Positions 1 to 9,800 of a DNA stretch of 64,000 bases are shown one piece after another (within the stretch, counting starts at the first letter, position 1; each line of letters opens with the position of its first letter). Where the stretch lies: positions 80,701 to 144,700 of the forward strand of contig JBIIJY010000001.1 of the NCBI GenBank assembly GCA_044233485.1, in the 5' to 3' direction. The DNA is from Minisyncoccia bacterium. Lineage in GTDB: Bacteria; Patescibacteriota; Minisyncoccia; Phycocordibacterales; UBA6065. Position numbers and translations under genes: made by a program. A model generated the notes under the pieces. That model did no database searches, was not told the DNA's origin, and was given only the letters and a program-made list of their open reading frames with translations.

Positions 1-190
1 CAGTCGTCCGAGTGACCATATCGACAAAATGTGGACCGCGGGTCGCGATTAAGTCTTTTGCAAAGTAGCTACGTGTTCGGTCGGCCAATGATGTAGCCCG
101 ACCAATATACAAAACTGTCTCACCTTCTTTAAAGTAATAAACGCCTGGTGAATCAGGTATTTCAAGTTTTTGATAATCTTGAATAGTCAT
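1..190 (-). CDS. uvrC: Excinuclease ABC subunit C, N-terminal GIY-YIG part (runs off window edge)
   Basis: Manual translation from ATG 190: MTIQDYQKLEIPDSPGVYYFKEGETVLYIGRATSLADRTRSYF; P..PGVY...LYIG.A..L..R..SYF is the UvrC N-terminal motif; same strand as uvrB/uvrA. Not in the ORF track. Confidence 0.85.
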   Translation of the reverse strand, partial: MTIQDYQKLEIPDSPGVYYFKEGETVLYIGRATSLADRTRSYFAKDLIATRGPHFVDMVTRTT

Positions 191-226
191 CAATTTTATG
201 ATATAACTTTTTCCGGAGAACATCAA

Positions 227-757
227 ATGAACATCACCGGACAACACCTCCTGCAGGCACACTATCTCGCGGACTCACGGCCTGGAAATGGCTTTACAAC
301 GTGGTGGATGAACCGAGTCAGGACCGACACACACCCGGTCAGCACTGCCCGTTTCATTAGCGATCACTCGTCGAAACGGGCTATGTATTTAACCATCGTT
401 TGCATCATCACGTGCATCATGTGCGGGATTGCGTTCTGCTGGTGGAAGTCACTGCTTCCGAAAGCGGTAACTCTCACCCTGGGATGCATCCTCACCGTGC
501 TCAATGTCGCATGGACTCGGCGCTGTATCGTCCACACTCGACTCCTCGCCTCGGTCTGTGCAAGTGACCTGACCGAGCTCTCGAAATTTTACGAGAATCT
601 CCTTGCTTTCCGTCGTCTGGCTCTCCCCCTCGATGAAAAAGTCCAGGACGAAGCATCCTTCCTCGAAGGTGTGCGCCGGGCCTTTGCAAATCTACGTGAT
701 CAGCGGAGGGTTGAAGCAGAACGAGAACTCGTCGCACTCGGGATCACTCCTGAGTAG
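227..757 (+). CDS. Hypothetical membrane protein (2 TM helices) between uvrA and uvrC
   Basis: ORF from ATG 227; two hydrophobic segments; followed by a bidirectional terminator. Confidence 0.65.
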   Translation: MNITGQHLLQAHYLADSRPGNGFTTWWMNRVRTDTHPVSTARFISDHSSKRAMYLTIVCIITCIMCGIAFCWWKSLLPKAVTLTLGCILTVLNVAWTRRCIVHTRLLASVCASDLTELSKFYENLLAFRRLALPLDEKVQDEASFLEGVRRAFANLRDQRRVEAERELVALGITPE

Positions 758-791
758 CTCGGCGTAAAGACCCCTTGAAAGGGGCAATCGA

Positions 792-822
792 AAATGGCGG
801 CGCTCGGAGAGCGCCGCCATTT
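792..822. terminator. Bidirectional intrinsic terminator
   Basis: aaatggcggcgctc-gga-gagcgccgccattt hairpin between convergent genes. Confidence 0.8.
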
Positions 823-826
823 CTTC

Positions 827-3445
827 TTACCCGCGAGCTAATATTTTTTTCAAATACTGACCAGTGTAAGACTTTTCATTACGCGCCACTTCCTCCGGCG
901 TACCTTTGGCTACCACTTTTCCTCCACCCACCCCACCCTCAGGGCCAATATCGACAACAAAATCAGCACATTTAATTAAGTCGAGGTTGTGCTCTATGAC
1001 AATCACGGTGTTACCCGCCTGGACCAGCTTTTGGAGAATCTCAATGAGGCGTTTTACATCTTCATAATGAAGACCGACAGTCGGCTCATCGAGAAGATAG
1101 ATTGTCTTTTGTGTATGTGAACGATAGAGCTCAGAAGAAATCTTCACTCGCTGCGCTTCACCACCCGAGAGTGTAGTTGCCGACTGCCCGAGCTTGAGAT
1201 AGCCGAGTCCCACCTCGTCGAGAGTCTTGAGCCGGTCATACACAGCCGGAATGTCCGCAAAAAATACCAAGGCTTCCTCAATGGTCATCTCGAGGATGTC
1301 GTGAATATTCTTCTTATTGTATTTCACTTCGAGAGTTTCTTTCGTGAAGCGCTTACCAGCACACACATCACAAGGCACATACACTGTTGGCAAGAAATGC
1401 ATCTCAACTTCTATTTCACCATTTCCCTGACAAGTCTCACATCGGCCACCTTTCACATTAAAACTAAATCGTCCTGCTCCCCACCCACGAGCGCGCGCCT
1501 CGGTCGAAGCGGCAAAGAGATCACGGATATGAGTCCAAGCACCAGTATAGGTAACTGGGTTTGAGCGCGGTGTACGACCGATCGGGTCTTGGTCAATGAG
1601 AATGGTACGTCCGAGATACTCTGTACCAGAAAAGCCAGTACAGTTATACAGTGTTGCAGTGCGGTGTCGACGCTCAAGCTTGCCAAGAAGATTTTTATGA
1701 ATGATCTCGTACATCAACGAAGATTTTCCTGAGCCAGAAACTCCCGTGATCACATTGAGACAGCCGAGCGGAATATCAACATCGAGATTCTTAATATTAA
1801 ATATATTTCCGCCACGAATCGAGAGCTTTCCTTTTGCCTCACGACGAACATCAGGCACATCGATTCCTTTTTCACCACGGAGATATCCAAGGGTGAGTGA
1901 ACCAGAATCATTTTTCTTGGCCGTGAGGAGCTCTTCGAGCCACCCTGAGACAATTACTTTTCCACCATGCACTCCCGCACCCGGACCAATATCGACAATA
2001 TAATCAGAGGCAAACATCGTATCCTCATCATGCTCTACCACGATAATGGTATTCCCAAGGTCGCGAAGGTTAAGCAGTGTCTTAATGAGACGATCATTAT
2101 CACGCTGATGCAGACCAATAGTCGGTTCATCGAGCACATAGAGCGCCCCGACAAGTCCCGAGCCGAGCTGGCTCGCGAGTCGGATTCGCTGCGCCTCACC
2201 ACCCGAGAGCGTATGCGCTCGACGATCGAGCGCGAGATACTCAATACCCACATTGATCATGAATTTCAATCGCTCCTCGATTTCTTTGAGCACCACTTTA
2301 GCGATCTCACGCTCAGTCTCAGTGAGAGCGATGCTTTCAAAATAATTTTTTGCATCAGCAATCGAGAGCCCTGTCACATCGACAATATTCTTTGAGTCGA
2401 TTTTGACATGTAGTGCCTCTGGACGAAGTCGCGCCCCCTTACAGGTCAGACAGTTTTCATTTGAAAAAAATTCACGTGTACCGAGACCGTTACAATCCGG
2501 ACATGCCCCATAGGGTGAGTTGAATGAAAAAAGTCGTGGCTCGATCTCAGGATACGCAAACCCGTCATATGGACACATGAACTTTACCGACATGAGTCGC
2601 TCATCTACTGTCCCCGGTTTTTCGCCTGGATACTCTACTTTGATGAGACCTTCAGCTTGAGATATTGCCCGTTCAAGAGCTTCAGAAAGTCGCTCACGAG
2701 CATTGAGAGCAAGCTCGGCATCTTTAAATTCAGAGATATAGATCTCATCGACAAGCACATCAATATCATGCTTCTTGTTTTTATCGAGCTCAATTCGCTC
2801 TCGGAGTTTTGAAAGTTTTCCATCTATCTTTACTGTCTCATACCCCTTACCGAGCAAATCATATAAAAGTTGATAGTACTCACCTTTGCGGCCGACGACG
2901 ACTGGAGCAAAGATTTTAATCTTTGAATTCTTCACCTCAACACCGAGAAGCTTTTTTGAAGCGATCTCATGTTCTTTGACCTGTTTTAACACCCCCTCGA
3001 GAATTTCTTCTTTCGAGATTCGTTTTATTTCCCGACCACATTCGAGACAGTGAGGTTTACCACAACGAGCAAACAAAATACGCAGATAGTCGTATATCTC
3101 CGTAATGGTCGCCACAGTTGAGCGCGGGTTGTTTGACCGAGACTTCTGGTCAATTGAAATCGCTGGCGAAAGACCCGAGATCTCATCGACATCAGGTTTC
3201 TGCATCTGCCGGAGAAATTGACGAGCGTATGAAGAGAGAGACTCAACATAGCGTCGCTGACCTTCGGCAAAGATCGTGTCAAAGGCGAGTGAAGATTTTC
3301 CTGAGCCAGACAAGCCTGTAATCGCAATCATCTTGTTGCGAGGCATACGGACGGTAATATTTTTGAGATTGTGCGTTCGGGCACCTTTAACAACAATTTC
3401 TTCCGCACCGGCAAAAAAGTCTGTTTTTGTTTGTTTTTTTGACAT
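827..3445 (-). CDS. uvrA: Excinuclease ABC subunit A (short form)
   Basis: GARTHNLKN, two Walker A motifs [18 protein letters not shown], two LSGGEAQR signatures, Zn-binding Cys pairs. Confidence 0.98.
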   Translation of the reverse strand: MSKKQTKTDFFAGAEEIVVKGARTHNLKNITVRMPRNKMIAITGLSGSGKSSLAFDTIFAEGQRRYVESLSSYARQFLRQMQKPDVDEISGLSPAISIDQKSRSNNPRSTVATITEIYDYLRILFARCGKPHCLECGREIKRISKEEILEGVLKQVKEHEIASKKLLGVEVKNSKIKIFAPVVVGRKGEYYQLLYDLLGKGYETVKIDGKLSKLRERIELDKNKKHDIDVLVDEIYISEFKDAELALNARERLSEALERAISQAEGLIKVEYPGEKPGTVDERLMSVKFMCPYDGFAYPEIEPRLFSFNSPYGACPDCNGLGTREFFSNENCLTCKGARLRPEALHVKIDSKNIVDVTGLSIADAKNYFESIALTETEREIAKVVLKEIEERLKFMINVGIEYLALDRRAHTLSGGEAQRIRLASQLGSGLVGALYVLDEPTIGLHQRDNDRLIKTLLNLRDLGNTIIVVEHDEDTMFASDYIVDIGPGAGVHGGKVIVSGWLEELLTAKKNDSGSLTLGYLRGEKGIDVPDVRREAKGKLSIRGGNIFNIKNLDVDIPLGCLNVITGVSGSGKSSLMYEIIHKNLLGKLERRHRTATLYNCTGFSGTEYLGRTILIDQDPIGRTPRSNPVTYTGAWTHIRDLFAASTEARARGWGAGRFSFNVKGGRCETCQGNGEIEVEMHFLPTVYVPCDVCAGKRFTKETLEVKYNKKNIHDILEMTIEEALVFFADIPAVYDRLKTLDEVGLGYLKLGQSATTLSGGEAQRVKISSELYRSHTQKTIYLLDEPTVGLHYEDVKRLIEILQKLVQAGNTVIVIEHNLDLIKCADFVVDIGPEGGVGGGKVVAKGTPEEVARNEKSYTGQYLKKILARG

Positions 3446-3450
3446 AGAGT

Positions 3451-3463
3451 GTTCGAGCCGAAC
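3451..3463. promoter_or_regulatory. Palindrome GTTCG-AGC-CGAAC just upstream of uvrA, possible repressor operator
   Basis: Perfect 5-bp inverted repeat 6-18 nt before the uvrA ATG. Confidence 0.35.
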
Positions 3464-3517
3464 TACACATTTTTAGCACACTTTGAAACTTTTGTCGAAA
3501 GACCCACACAAGAGGAA

Positions 3518-5653
3518 TTACTCTTCTTTGATCAGTTTTCGCCCTTTTTTCTTTCCTTCCCAACGAGTATGTTTTTCGGCAAGTTTCACCTTGGCTTTAA
3601 ATTCTGGATCGGTCTTCATACGACTCGCTGTCTCATGCTCGCGTAGTTTTTCTAATTCGAAAATCTCATCACGCAAAAGTGCGGCCGTCTCAAAGTCGAG
3701 ATCAGCGACCGCCTGCTCCATCTGCGCATACTTTTCTTTCAGCACCGCTTCTGGATTTTCTTCAAAGCGGATCTTGTCGATTGCCATTTGTGAATCGACT
3801 GCCTTACGATGATCACTTCGTAACTCTTCAGTAATGTCTTTGATGGTCTTAATGATTGTCTGTGGAGTGATATTGTGCTTCGTGTTGTAAGCAATCTGTA
3901 GCGTGCGACGACGAGCCGTTTCTTTCATCGCTCGATCTATAGAGCCCGTAAGTGTATCGGCATACATGGTCACATGCCCGTTCACGTTTCGGGCTGCACG
4001 ACCGATAATCTGAATCAGCGAAGTCTCTGAGCGCAAGAACCCCTCCTTATCAGCATCAAGAATACCGATAAATGTAACCTCGGGGAGGTCGAGCCCCTCT
4101 CGCAAGAGATTCACTCCGACCAAGCAGTCAAACTCACCTCGACGGAATCGTGTCAAAATCTCGATTCGGTCAATCGTCTGAATTTCAGAGTGGAGATATT
4201 CAGCTTTGACTTTTTTCTCTCGGAGAAACTCAGCCAAGTCTTCTGCCATTTTTTTGGTCAGTGTCGTCGCAATCACTCGCCCACCTTTTTTTACTTCGGC
4301 GACGGTATGCTCAATAAAATCAAATACTTGACCTTTGTACGCACCTGACTCCGTCACTGGACGAATAGTGATCTCTGGATCAATGAGCCCGGTTGGACGC
4401 ACAATCATTTCCACTGGAGTGGTTACTTTTTGCATCTCATACTTACCCGGCGTCGCCGAGACGAAGATTGTCTGACCGACTGTCTTTTCAAACTCTGCAA
4501 AGGTAAGCGGACGATTGTCGCGCGCACTTGGTAATCTAAATCCATGTTCCACGAGCGTGTCTTTTCGAGACTTGTCACCAGCGTACATACCACCGATCTG
4601 AGGGATAGTCACATGCGACTCATCTATCACCGTTAGGAAATCCGGCGTACCGTCTGCTTTATGAGGAAAATATGAAAGGAGCGTATCTGGTGCTTCACCG
4701 GCTTTTTTTCCAGAGAAATGTCGCGAATAGTTTTCAATACCCGAGCAGTAGCCAATCTCACGAATCATCGAGAGGTCGTACTGCACACGTCGCTTCAGAC
4801 GCTGGGCTTCTATATCTTTCCCTGCTTTTGTAAGTTCAACTAAGCGCTCTTCAAGCTCGAGCTTAATGGTCTCAAACGCTCGCTTACTCTGCTCCTCACT
4901 GGAGACGAAGTGCTTTGCCGGGAAAATAAACAAAGCTTTCTCTTCACTAATGATTGCTCGCGTCACCGGATCAATACGCTCGATTCGCGCCACTGTATCA
5001 CCATCAAAAAGTACTCGAATAATCACCCGATCACTTGTTGGCATCACTTCGACAGTGTTACCAAGTGCTCGGAAAAAGCCGGGCGTAAGATCTGTGGTGA
5101 TTCGATTAAAATAAATCCCGATCAGTTCCCGGATAAACTCCGCACGATTCTTTTCCTTCCCCGCTTCGATTTTCAGATTCACCTTCTCGTATTCTTCTGG
5201 ACTGCCCAAACCATAAATACATGATACCGAAGCGACAATAATCACATCTTTACGAGTCAGGAGAGCTTGTGTTGACGCATGACGGAGGCGGTCAATTTCT
5301 TCATTGATCTGAGCCTCCTTTTCGATATAGGTATCAGTGACTGGCATATAGGCCTCAGGCTGATAGTAATCGTAATACGAGACGAAATAATGGACGGCGT
5401 TTTGAGGAAAAAACTCTCGATACTCTTGAGCGAGCTGTGCGGCAAGCGTCTTATTGTGAGCAATGACGAGAGTTGGTTTACCGATCTGGGCAATGACATT
5501 GGCGATGGTGTAGGTTTTACCCGATCCGGTCACACCCAAAAGAGTCTGTTGACTCGCTCCCGAGCAGACACCCTGCACCAGCGACTTAATTGCCTGAGGC
5601 TGGTCACCGGCTGGCTCGTATTTACTCGTAAGTGTAAAGATTTTTTCTGACAT
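3518..5653 (-). CDS. uvrB: Excinuclease ABC subunit B
   Basis: PAGDQP, LGVTGSGKT, YYDYYQPEAY, DESH, C-terminal UVR motif (DFETAALLRD); start taken at MSEKIF (5653). Confidence 0.98.
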   Translation of the reverse strand: MSEKIFTLTSKYEPAGDQPQAIKSLVQGVCSGASQQTLLGVTGSGKTYTIANVIAQIGKPTLVIAHNKTLAAQLAQEYREFFPQNAVHYFVSYYDYYQPEAYMPVTDTYIEKEAQINEEIDRLRHASTQALLTRKDVIIVASVSCIYGLGSPEEYEKVNLKIEAGKEKNRAEFIRELIGIYFNRITTDLTPGFFRALGNTVEVMPTSDRVIIRVLFDGDTVARIERIDPVTRAIISEEKALFIFPAKHFVSSEEQSKRAFETIKLELEERLVELTKAGKDIEAQRLKRRVQYDLSMIREIGYCSGIENYSRHFSGKKAGEAPDTLLSYFPHKADGTPDFLTVIDESHVTIPQIGGMYAGDKSRKDTLVEHGFRLPSARDNRPLTFAEFEKTVGQTIFVSATPGKYEMQKVTTPVEMIVRPTGLIDPEITIRPVTESGAYKGQVFDFIEHTVAEVKKGGRVIATTLTKKMAEDLAEFLREKKVKAEYLHSEIQTIDRIEILTRFRRGEFDCLVGVNLLREGLDLPEVTFIGILDADKEGFLRSETSLIQIIGRAARNVNGHVTMYADTLTGSIDRAMKETARRRTLQIAYNTKHNITPQTIIKTIKDITEELRSDHRKAVDSQMAIDKIRFEENPEAVLKEKYAQMEQAVADLDFETAALLRDEIFELEKLREHETASRMKTDPEFKAKVKLAEKHTRWEGKKKGRKLIKEE

Positions 5654-5791
5654 CAAGAGTTTAAAAATACAATACAATCGGGCAATAGTAAACAGACCCC
5701 TCTTGCAATTATTTTTTACAGGAGTAGCATTTGACATAGACCAGTGCATGACGTACTGGCAGCAACGCAACAACTAGCACCCCCAACAGTT

Positions 5792-6007
5792 ATGGCTCTT
5801 GCAGGAGAGACCACACCACCAACCCGCGAAGATATCTACTCAGCCACCAAAGACCAAGTTCTCAAGTGGCAGAAAGATTTTCCCAAGAATTGGCAAGTCA
5901 CTATGCAGTGCAGTGGACGTCTCAGGCAACTCGAAGCTGAGCGTGCCCCCAATATCCTTGCTGCTCTCGCGACCGCGAGCGCTGGCAGCGGAGATTACAG
6001 CCGATAA
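5792..6007 (+). CDS. Small hypothetical protein
   Basis: ORF MALAGETT...; TTGACA upstream at 5731, terminator-like hairpin at about 6024-6056. Confidence 0.45.
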   Translation: MALAGETTPPTREDIYSATKDQVLKWQKDFPKNWQVTMQCSGRLRQLEAERAPNILAALATASAGSGDYSR

Positions 6008-6071
6008 ATACCCCCCAACCACGACCCCCCGCCAGTTAAACTGCGCGGGGGTTTTTGTCTTTCAAATAAGA

Positions 6072-6104
6072 AAAACCCAGCAGTCTGTCACACTGCTGGG
6101 TTTT
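6072..6104 (-). terminator. Intrinsic terminator
   Basis: aaaacccagcag...ctgctgggtttt hairpin. Confidence 0.75.
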
Positions 6105-6118
6105 GGAAAGATGCCTGT

Positions 6119-6445
6119 CTAAGTCCCATAGCATCCAAGTTGTATACGACCATGACCTTCGAAAAGGTGCCTTTGCCGCAGCCGGCTTCGTCCTGGTCGA
6201 TTTATCTTTGCCCACAACTGTCCACGCTCCAAATTCCTCTGCTTGAATTCCTCTCCAGTGCACCATCCAGGAGTAGTGGAACGTGCGTCGTAAAAGACAT
6301 GTTCAGGTGTAGCGGCAAGTGATTCAAAGCGCCACCCATCTTGACCATGACGAGGAGAACTGAGAGTCTCACCCCCTTCTCTACGACGAGTAACTCGAGG
6401 GAATTGGGGAATGCCATCCCCGGGTTGTCCTGCATTAACTGGCAT
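6119..6445 (-). CDS. Hypothetical protein downstream of the putative attenuator
   Basis: ORF MPVNAGQPGDG...; stops just before terminator 6072-6104; alternative frames overlap, so frame and start are uncertain. Confidence 0.5.
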   Translation of the reverse strand: MPVNAGQPGDGIPQFPRVTRRREGGETLSSPRHGQDGWRFESLAATPEHVFYDARSTTPGWCTGEEFKQRNLERGQLWAKINRPGRSRLRQRHLFEGHGRIQLGCYGT

Positions 6446-6490
6446 AACAATAATGAGCTGTAGTGTTCGTTCTCGTACCACATGGTAACG

Positions 6491-6577
6491 AAAAGGAGCT
6501 CCGTTTTGGAGCTCCTTTTTGCTTACGAGAATCTCTTAAGCAAAAACCAGCTCCAAAACCTTCGTAAAGGTCTTAAA
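6491..6577 (-). promoter_or_regulatory. Putative transcription attenuator (protector, antiterminator, terminator)
   Basis: Minus strand: aagacctt/aaggtttt (1:2); gttttggagct..tttttgctta/taagcaaaaa..agctccaaaac (2:3); aaaaggagctcc/ggagctcctttt (3:4). Confidence 0.7.
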
Positions 6578-6616
6578 GTAGACGTGCTTAGTAGTAATGA
6601 GTGCCGAACGATTCAT
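6536..6616 (-). CDS. Putative 26-aa leader peptide MNRSALITTKHVYFKTFTKVLELVFA
   Basis: ATG 7 nt after TATACT, with TTGATT 16 nt further upstream; ORF spans attenuator segments 1-2. Confidence 0.55.
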   Translation of the reverse strand: MNRSALITTKHVYFKTFTKVLELVFA

Positions 6617-6651
6617 GGGTACAAGTATATATAAACGTATATCAAAATCAA

Positions 6652-7866
6652 CTACTTTTTACGGTGATATGTCTCGAGGAATTCTTTTTTGTACTGAATA
6701 AAGGTCCCCTGAAGAATCGAATCTCGAATCCTATCCACTAGTCGCACCAGAAAACGAATATTGTGAATTGAGGCCAGTACCATCCCGAGCATCTCATCTG
6801 CGTGGAATAGATGAGAGAGGTACGCTCGTGTGTGGTGGGTACAGGTAAAACAATCGCACCCCACCTCGACCTGGGTGTAGTCTTCACGAAACTCAGCGTT
6901 CTTGATGTTGATCTTCCCTCGCGAAGTAAATAGTTGCCCGTGCCGACCAATGCGAGTTGGAATCACACAGTCGAACGTATCGCACCCATTCTCAACACCA
7001 ATGAAAATATCTTCAACTTCACCAATTCCGAGCAGATGTCGAGGCTTGTCTTCCGGAAGCTCTTCATTAACCCAGCGCACCGCCGTACCGAGATCGTCTT
7101 TGGAAAAAGATCCACCGATTCCAAACCCATCGAAATCCATAGCCCCAAGCACCCGAGCACTCTCTCGACGAAGATCCTCATAGCGCCCACCCTGAACAAC
7201 ACCAAACAGTGCCTGTGGTGAACGAGAAGGTTCGGCCGTTTTCGAGAGTTCACTGTGTCGTCTGAGACAACGCTCTGCCCACGCATGGGTGCGAGCAAGA
7301 GCTATTTTCTGATAGTCATATGGGTCGTGCGGAGACGTGCACTCATCGAAGGCAAAGAAGATATCGGCACCGAGGGCGTGCTGAATTTCAACAGACTTCT
7401 CCGGTGTAAAAAAATGCACACTTCCATCTTTAAGTGACTTAAACTCAACACCATCATCGGTCACTCGAGCTTTCTTTGAAGTATTCTCGGTTACATTATT
7501 ACTCTCGTCTCCATCACGAGCGACCTTTGAAACACTCTTACCGAAAGCAGCGCCAAGTGAAAAAGCCTGGAATCCACCGGAGTCCGTCATAGTCGGCCCC
7601 TCAAAGCCAATCATGCGCCCTACCCCGCCGAGACGTTTTACTTTTTCTTCCCCTGGCTCAAGGTAGAGGTGATAGGTGTTGGCGAGGACGGTATGTGCTC
7701 CAGTAGCGCGGATCTGCTCACTAGTGAGTCCTTTGACCGTACCCTTAGTCCCAACGACGACAAAAGATGGCGTCGGAATATCGCCGTGCGGTGTATGAAT
7801 TGTGCCCGCCCGGCCGAGTGAGCCGGGTATTTTTTGTTTGATCTCAAAACCAAATCCTTCTCTCAT
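6652..7866 (-). CDS. tgt: tRNA-guanine transglycosylase
   Basis: LANTYHL, TDSGGFQ, FGVVQGG, PRHLLGIG, DCVIPTR, Zn site CDCFTC. Confidence 0.97.
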   Translation of the reverse strand: MREGFGFEIKQKIPGSLGRAGTIHTPHGDIPTPSFVVVGTKGTVKGLTSEQIRATGAHTVLANTYHLYLEPGEEKVKRLGGVGRMIGFEGPTMTDSGGFQAFSLGAAFGKSVSKVARDGDESNNVTENTSKKARVTDDGVEFKSLKDGSVHFFTPEKSVEIQHALGADIFFAFDECTSPHDPYDYQKIALARTHAWAERCLRRHSELSKTAEPSRSPQALFGVVQGGRYEDLRRESARVLGAMDFDGFGIGGSFSKDDLGTAVRWVNEELPEDKPRHLLGIGEVEDIFIGVENGCDTFDCVIPTRIGRHGQLFTSRGKINIKNAEFREDYTQVEVGCDCFTCTHHTRAYLSHLFHADEMLGMVLASIHNIRFLVRLVDRIRDSILQGTFIQYKKEFLETYHRKK

Positions 7867-7952
7867 TACTTCACCTTATCACAGACCTTTTAAAGATACA
7901 GCGTCCGAGGGAACTTTTGCATTTCTCATTTTACCTTTATACTTGAGCGCAT

Positions 7953-8678
7953 ATGTCTACTCATACCGACCTACAGAAAGGAGTGCGTTACGGCAGCTTA
8001 CCGCGTGACTCTCGATCATTTGATGCAAAAGAAGCAGAGACCACCTCAATTGTCACAAACGAAATCCATCAAACATTTGAGACCATGCGTCATGTGCCAA
8101 AATCAGTCACTTTCTTCGGCTCTGCCCGTCTCAAGGAAGGTAGTTCTGAATACGAGCACACTCGTCGACTCGCTCACCTGATCACCAAGAAGCTCGGCTA
8201 TGCGATCATTTCAGGAGGCGGAGGTGGCATCATGGAAGCTGCGAACCGTGGCGCGTTTGAAGCCGGCGGTATGTCTATAGGTATGAATATTATTTTACCG
8301 AAAGAGCAACATATCAATCCGTACGTTCATCGGTATGTGACCTTTGAGCATTTCTATACTCGCAAAGTCGCCCTCTCACTTTCTGCTGAAGCATATATCG
8401 TTTTCCCTGGTGGTTTTGGCACATTCGACGAAATGTTTGAAGTGATAACTCTCATGCAGACAGGAAAAATCCCTCGTGTACCACTCTTTCTCGTTGGCTC
8501 AAGTTACTGGAATGCACTCGATGTCCTCATACGAGAAAAAATGATTCCACTCGGTCTCATCAATCCGGACGATATTCATCTCTATCACATCACAGACAAT
8601 GACGAAGAGATTATCGACACCATACGAAACTCCCCGGTGCATAGTGGCCCGCCAGAACTTAAAAAACTCCCTGCCTAG
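7953..8678 (+). CDS. LOG family (TIGR00730-like) nucleotide phosphoribohydrolase
   Basis: VTFFGSAR, SGGGGGIMEAANRGA, PGGFGTFDE. Confidence 0.92.
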   Translation: MSTHTDLQKGVRYGSLPRDSRSFDAKEAETTSIVTNEIHQTFETMRHVPKSVTFFGSARLKEGSSEYEHTRRLAHLITKKLGYAIISGGGGGIMEAANRGAFEAGGMSIGMNIILPKEQHINPYVHRYVTFEHFYTRKVALSLSAEAYIVFPGGFGTFDEMFEVITLMQTGKIPRVPLFLVGSSYWNALDVLIREKMIPLGLINPDDIHLYHITDNDEEIIDTIRNSPVHSGPPELKKLPA

Positions 8679-8701
8679 GGAGTTTTTTGTTTGTGGGAGT
8701 A

Positions 8702-9745
8702 TTAAATTTTCGTGAACATATTACCCTCATCAGCCACGATAATCTCGCGGTAGATATCAAGTAGGGCGAACAAGAGACTGATGATGACTGGGCCGAGGAC
8801 GAAACCGACTGGACCAAAATAGATAATCCCTCCGAGTACCGAAAGCAAGATAAAGAGCGGATGCACCTTGAAGCCACTACCGACAAGCATCGGAAACAAT
8901 GTATTGTCGATGAGTCCGACCGCAAAGATCGCCCACACTGCAAGGAACACTGCCCACCCGATACCTGAGACAGCGGCCAAATAGATGATCGCTGGGACGA
9001 GGACGAGAGCCGTACCAAGGCCTGGGATAAGTGAAGCGACAGCGGCCAAGCTTGCCCACAAGACCGCATGCGGAACACCAGCTATCCACAAACCGAGACC
9101 AGCGACGATACCTTGCACGAGCGCAACGAGCACCGTCCCCCGCATGACAGACATCACGGCCACTTCAAGACGCTTTGCGATACCACGATCATACGAATCC
9201 TTGAGTGGTGAGAGTTTGATGAGTTGCTCTTTGAATACGTGCCCGTCTTTGAGGAAATAGAACAGAATAATGATTCCCAAAACTACATTGGCAGCGATAT
9301 TAGCGGTCTCTGAAAAGATTGTGCCGAGATTTGTCTGTATCCAAGTCACGACGAATTTCACAATACGCTCAACATCAAGCTCAAACGTCGGAACGAGTTT
9401 CTTGATAGGAACCTCGAGCGTATCACCGAGCATTGTGAGACCAGGGTTGTTACCAATACTAAAATCACGCACAAAGTCTCCCGTCTCTTGGAAAAGAGTA
9501 TTACCGAGAAATAAAATCGGGGCGACGATAGCGATAGCCAGGATCAGCATTGAAAGACTGACCGCCAAGCCATTACGAGTGGGCATTTTTGAGAGAAAAT
9601 ATTTCTTCACCGGATTGAGCACAACCGCCAGTGACGCAGCGATCGCCAGTGGCACAATAAACGGTAAGAACACTCGTCCAGCCAAGGCGAGCACCAGGAC
9701 AAGAATCGTGAAGAAGAAATACAGTTGTAGTTTTTGTGTATTCAT
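8702..9745 (-). CDS. AI-2E family transporter
   Basis: Multi-TM; FYFLKDG, IPGLG, IDNTLFP, HPLFILLSVLGG...GPVGFVLGP; start moved to MNTQKL because a terminator lies at about 9762-9797. Confidence 0.9.
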   Translation of the reverse strand: MNTQKLQLYFFFTILVLVLALAGRVFLPFIVPLAIAASLAVVLNPVKKYFLSKMPTRNGLAVSLSMLILAIAIVAPILFLGNTLFQETGDFVRDFSIGNNPGLTMLGDTLEVPIKKLVPTFELDVERIVKFVVTWIQTNLGTIFSETANIAANVVLGIIILFYFLKDGHVFKEQLIKLSPLKDSYDRGIAKRLEVAVMSVMRGTVLVALVQGIVAGLGLWIAGVPHAVLWASLAAVASLIPGLGTALVLVPAIIYLAAVSGIGWAVFLAVWAIFAVGLIDNTLFPMLVGSGFKVHPLFILLSVLGGIIYFGPVGFVLGPVIISLLFALLDIYREIIVADEGNMFTKI

Positions 9746-9800
9746 AATTACTTTCAGTATAGCAAGAAAAAACACCCATACGGGTGTTTTTTCTTGCATA

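Noticed and set aside
6036-6483. Programmed frameshift joining three overlapping minus-strand ORFs
   Set aside because: No slippery site identified; 6119-6445 alone fits the downstream terminator, while 6036-6266 runs through it.
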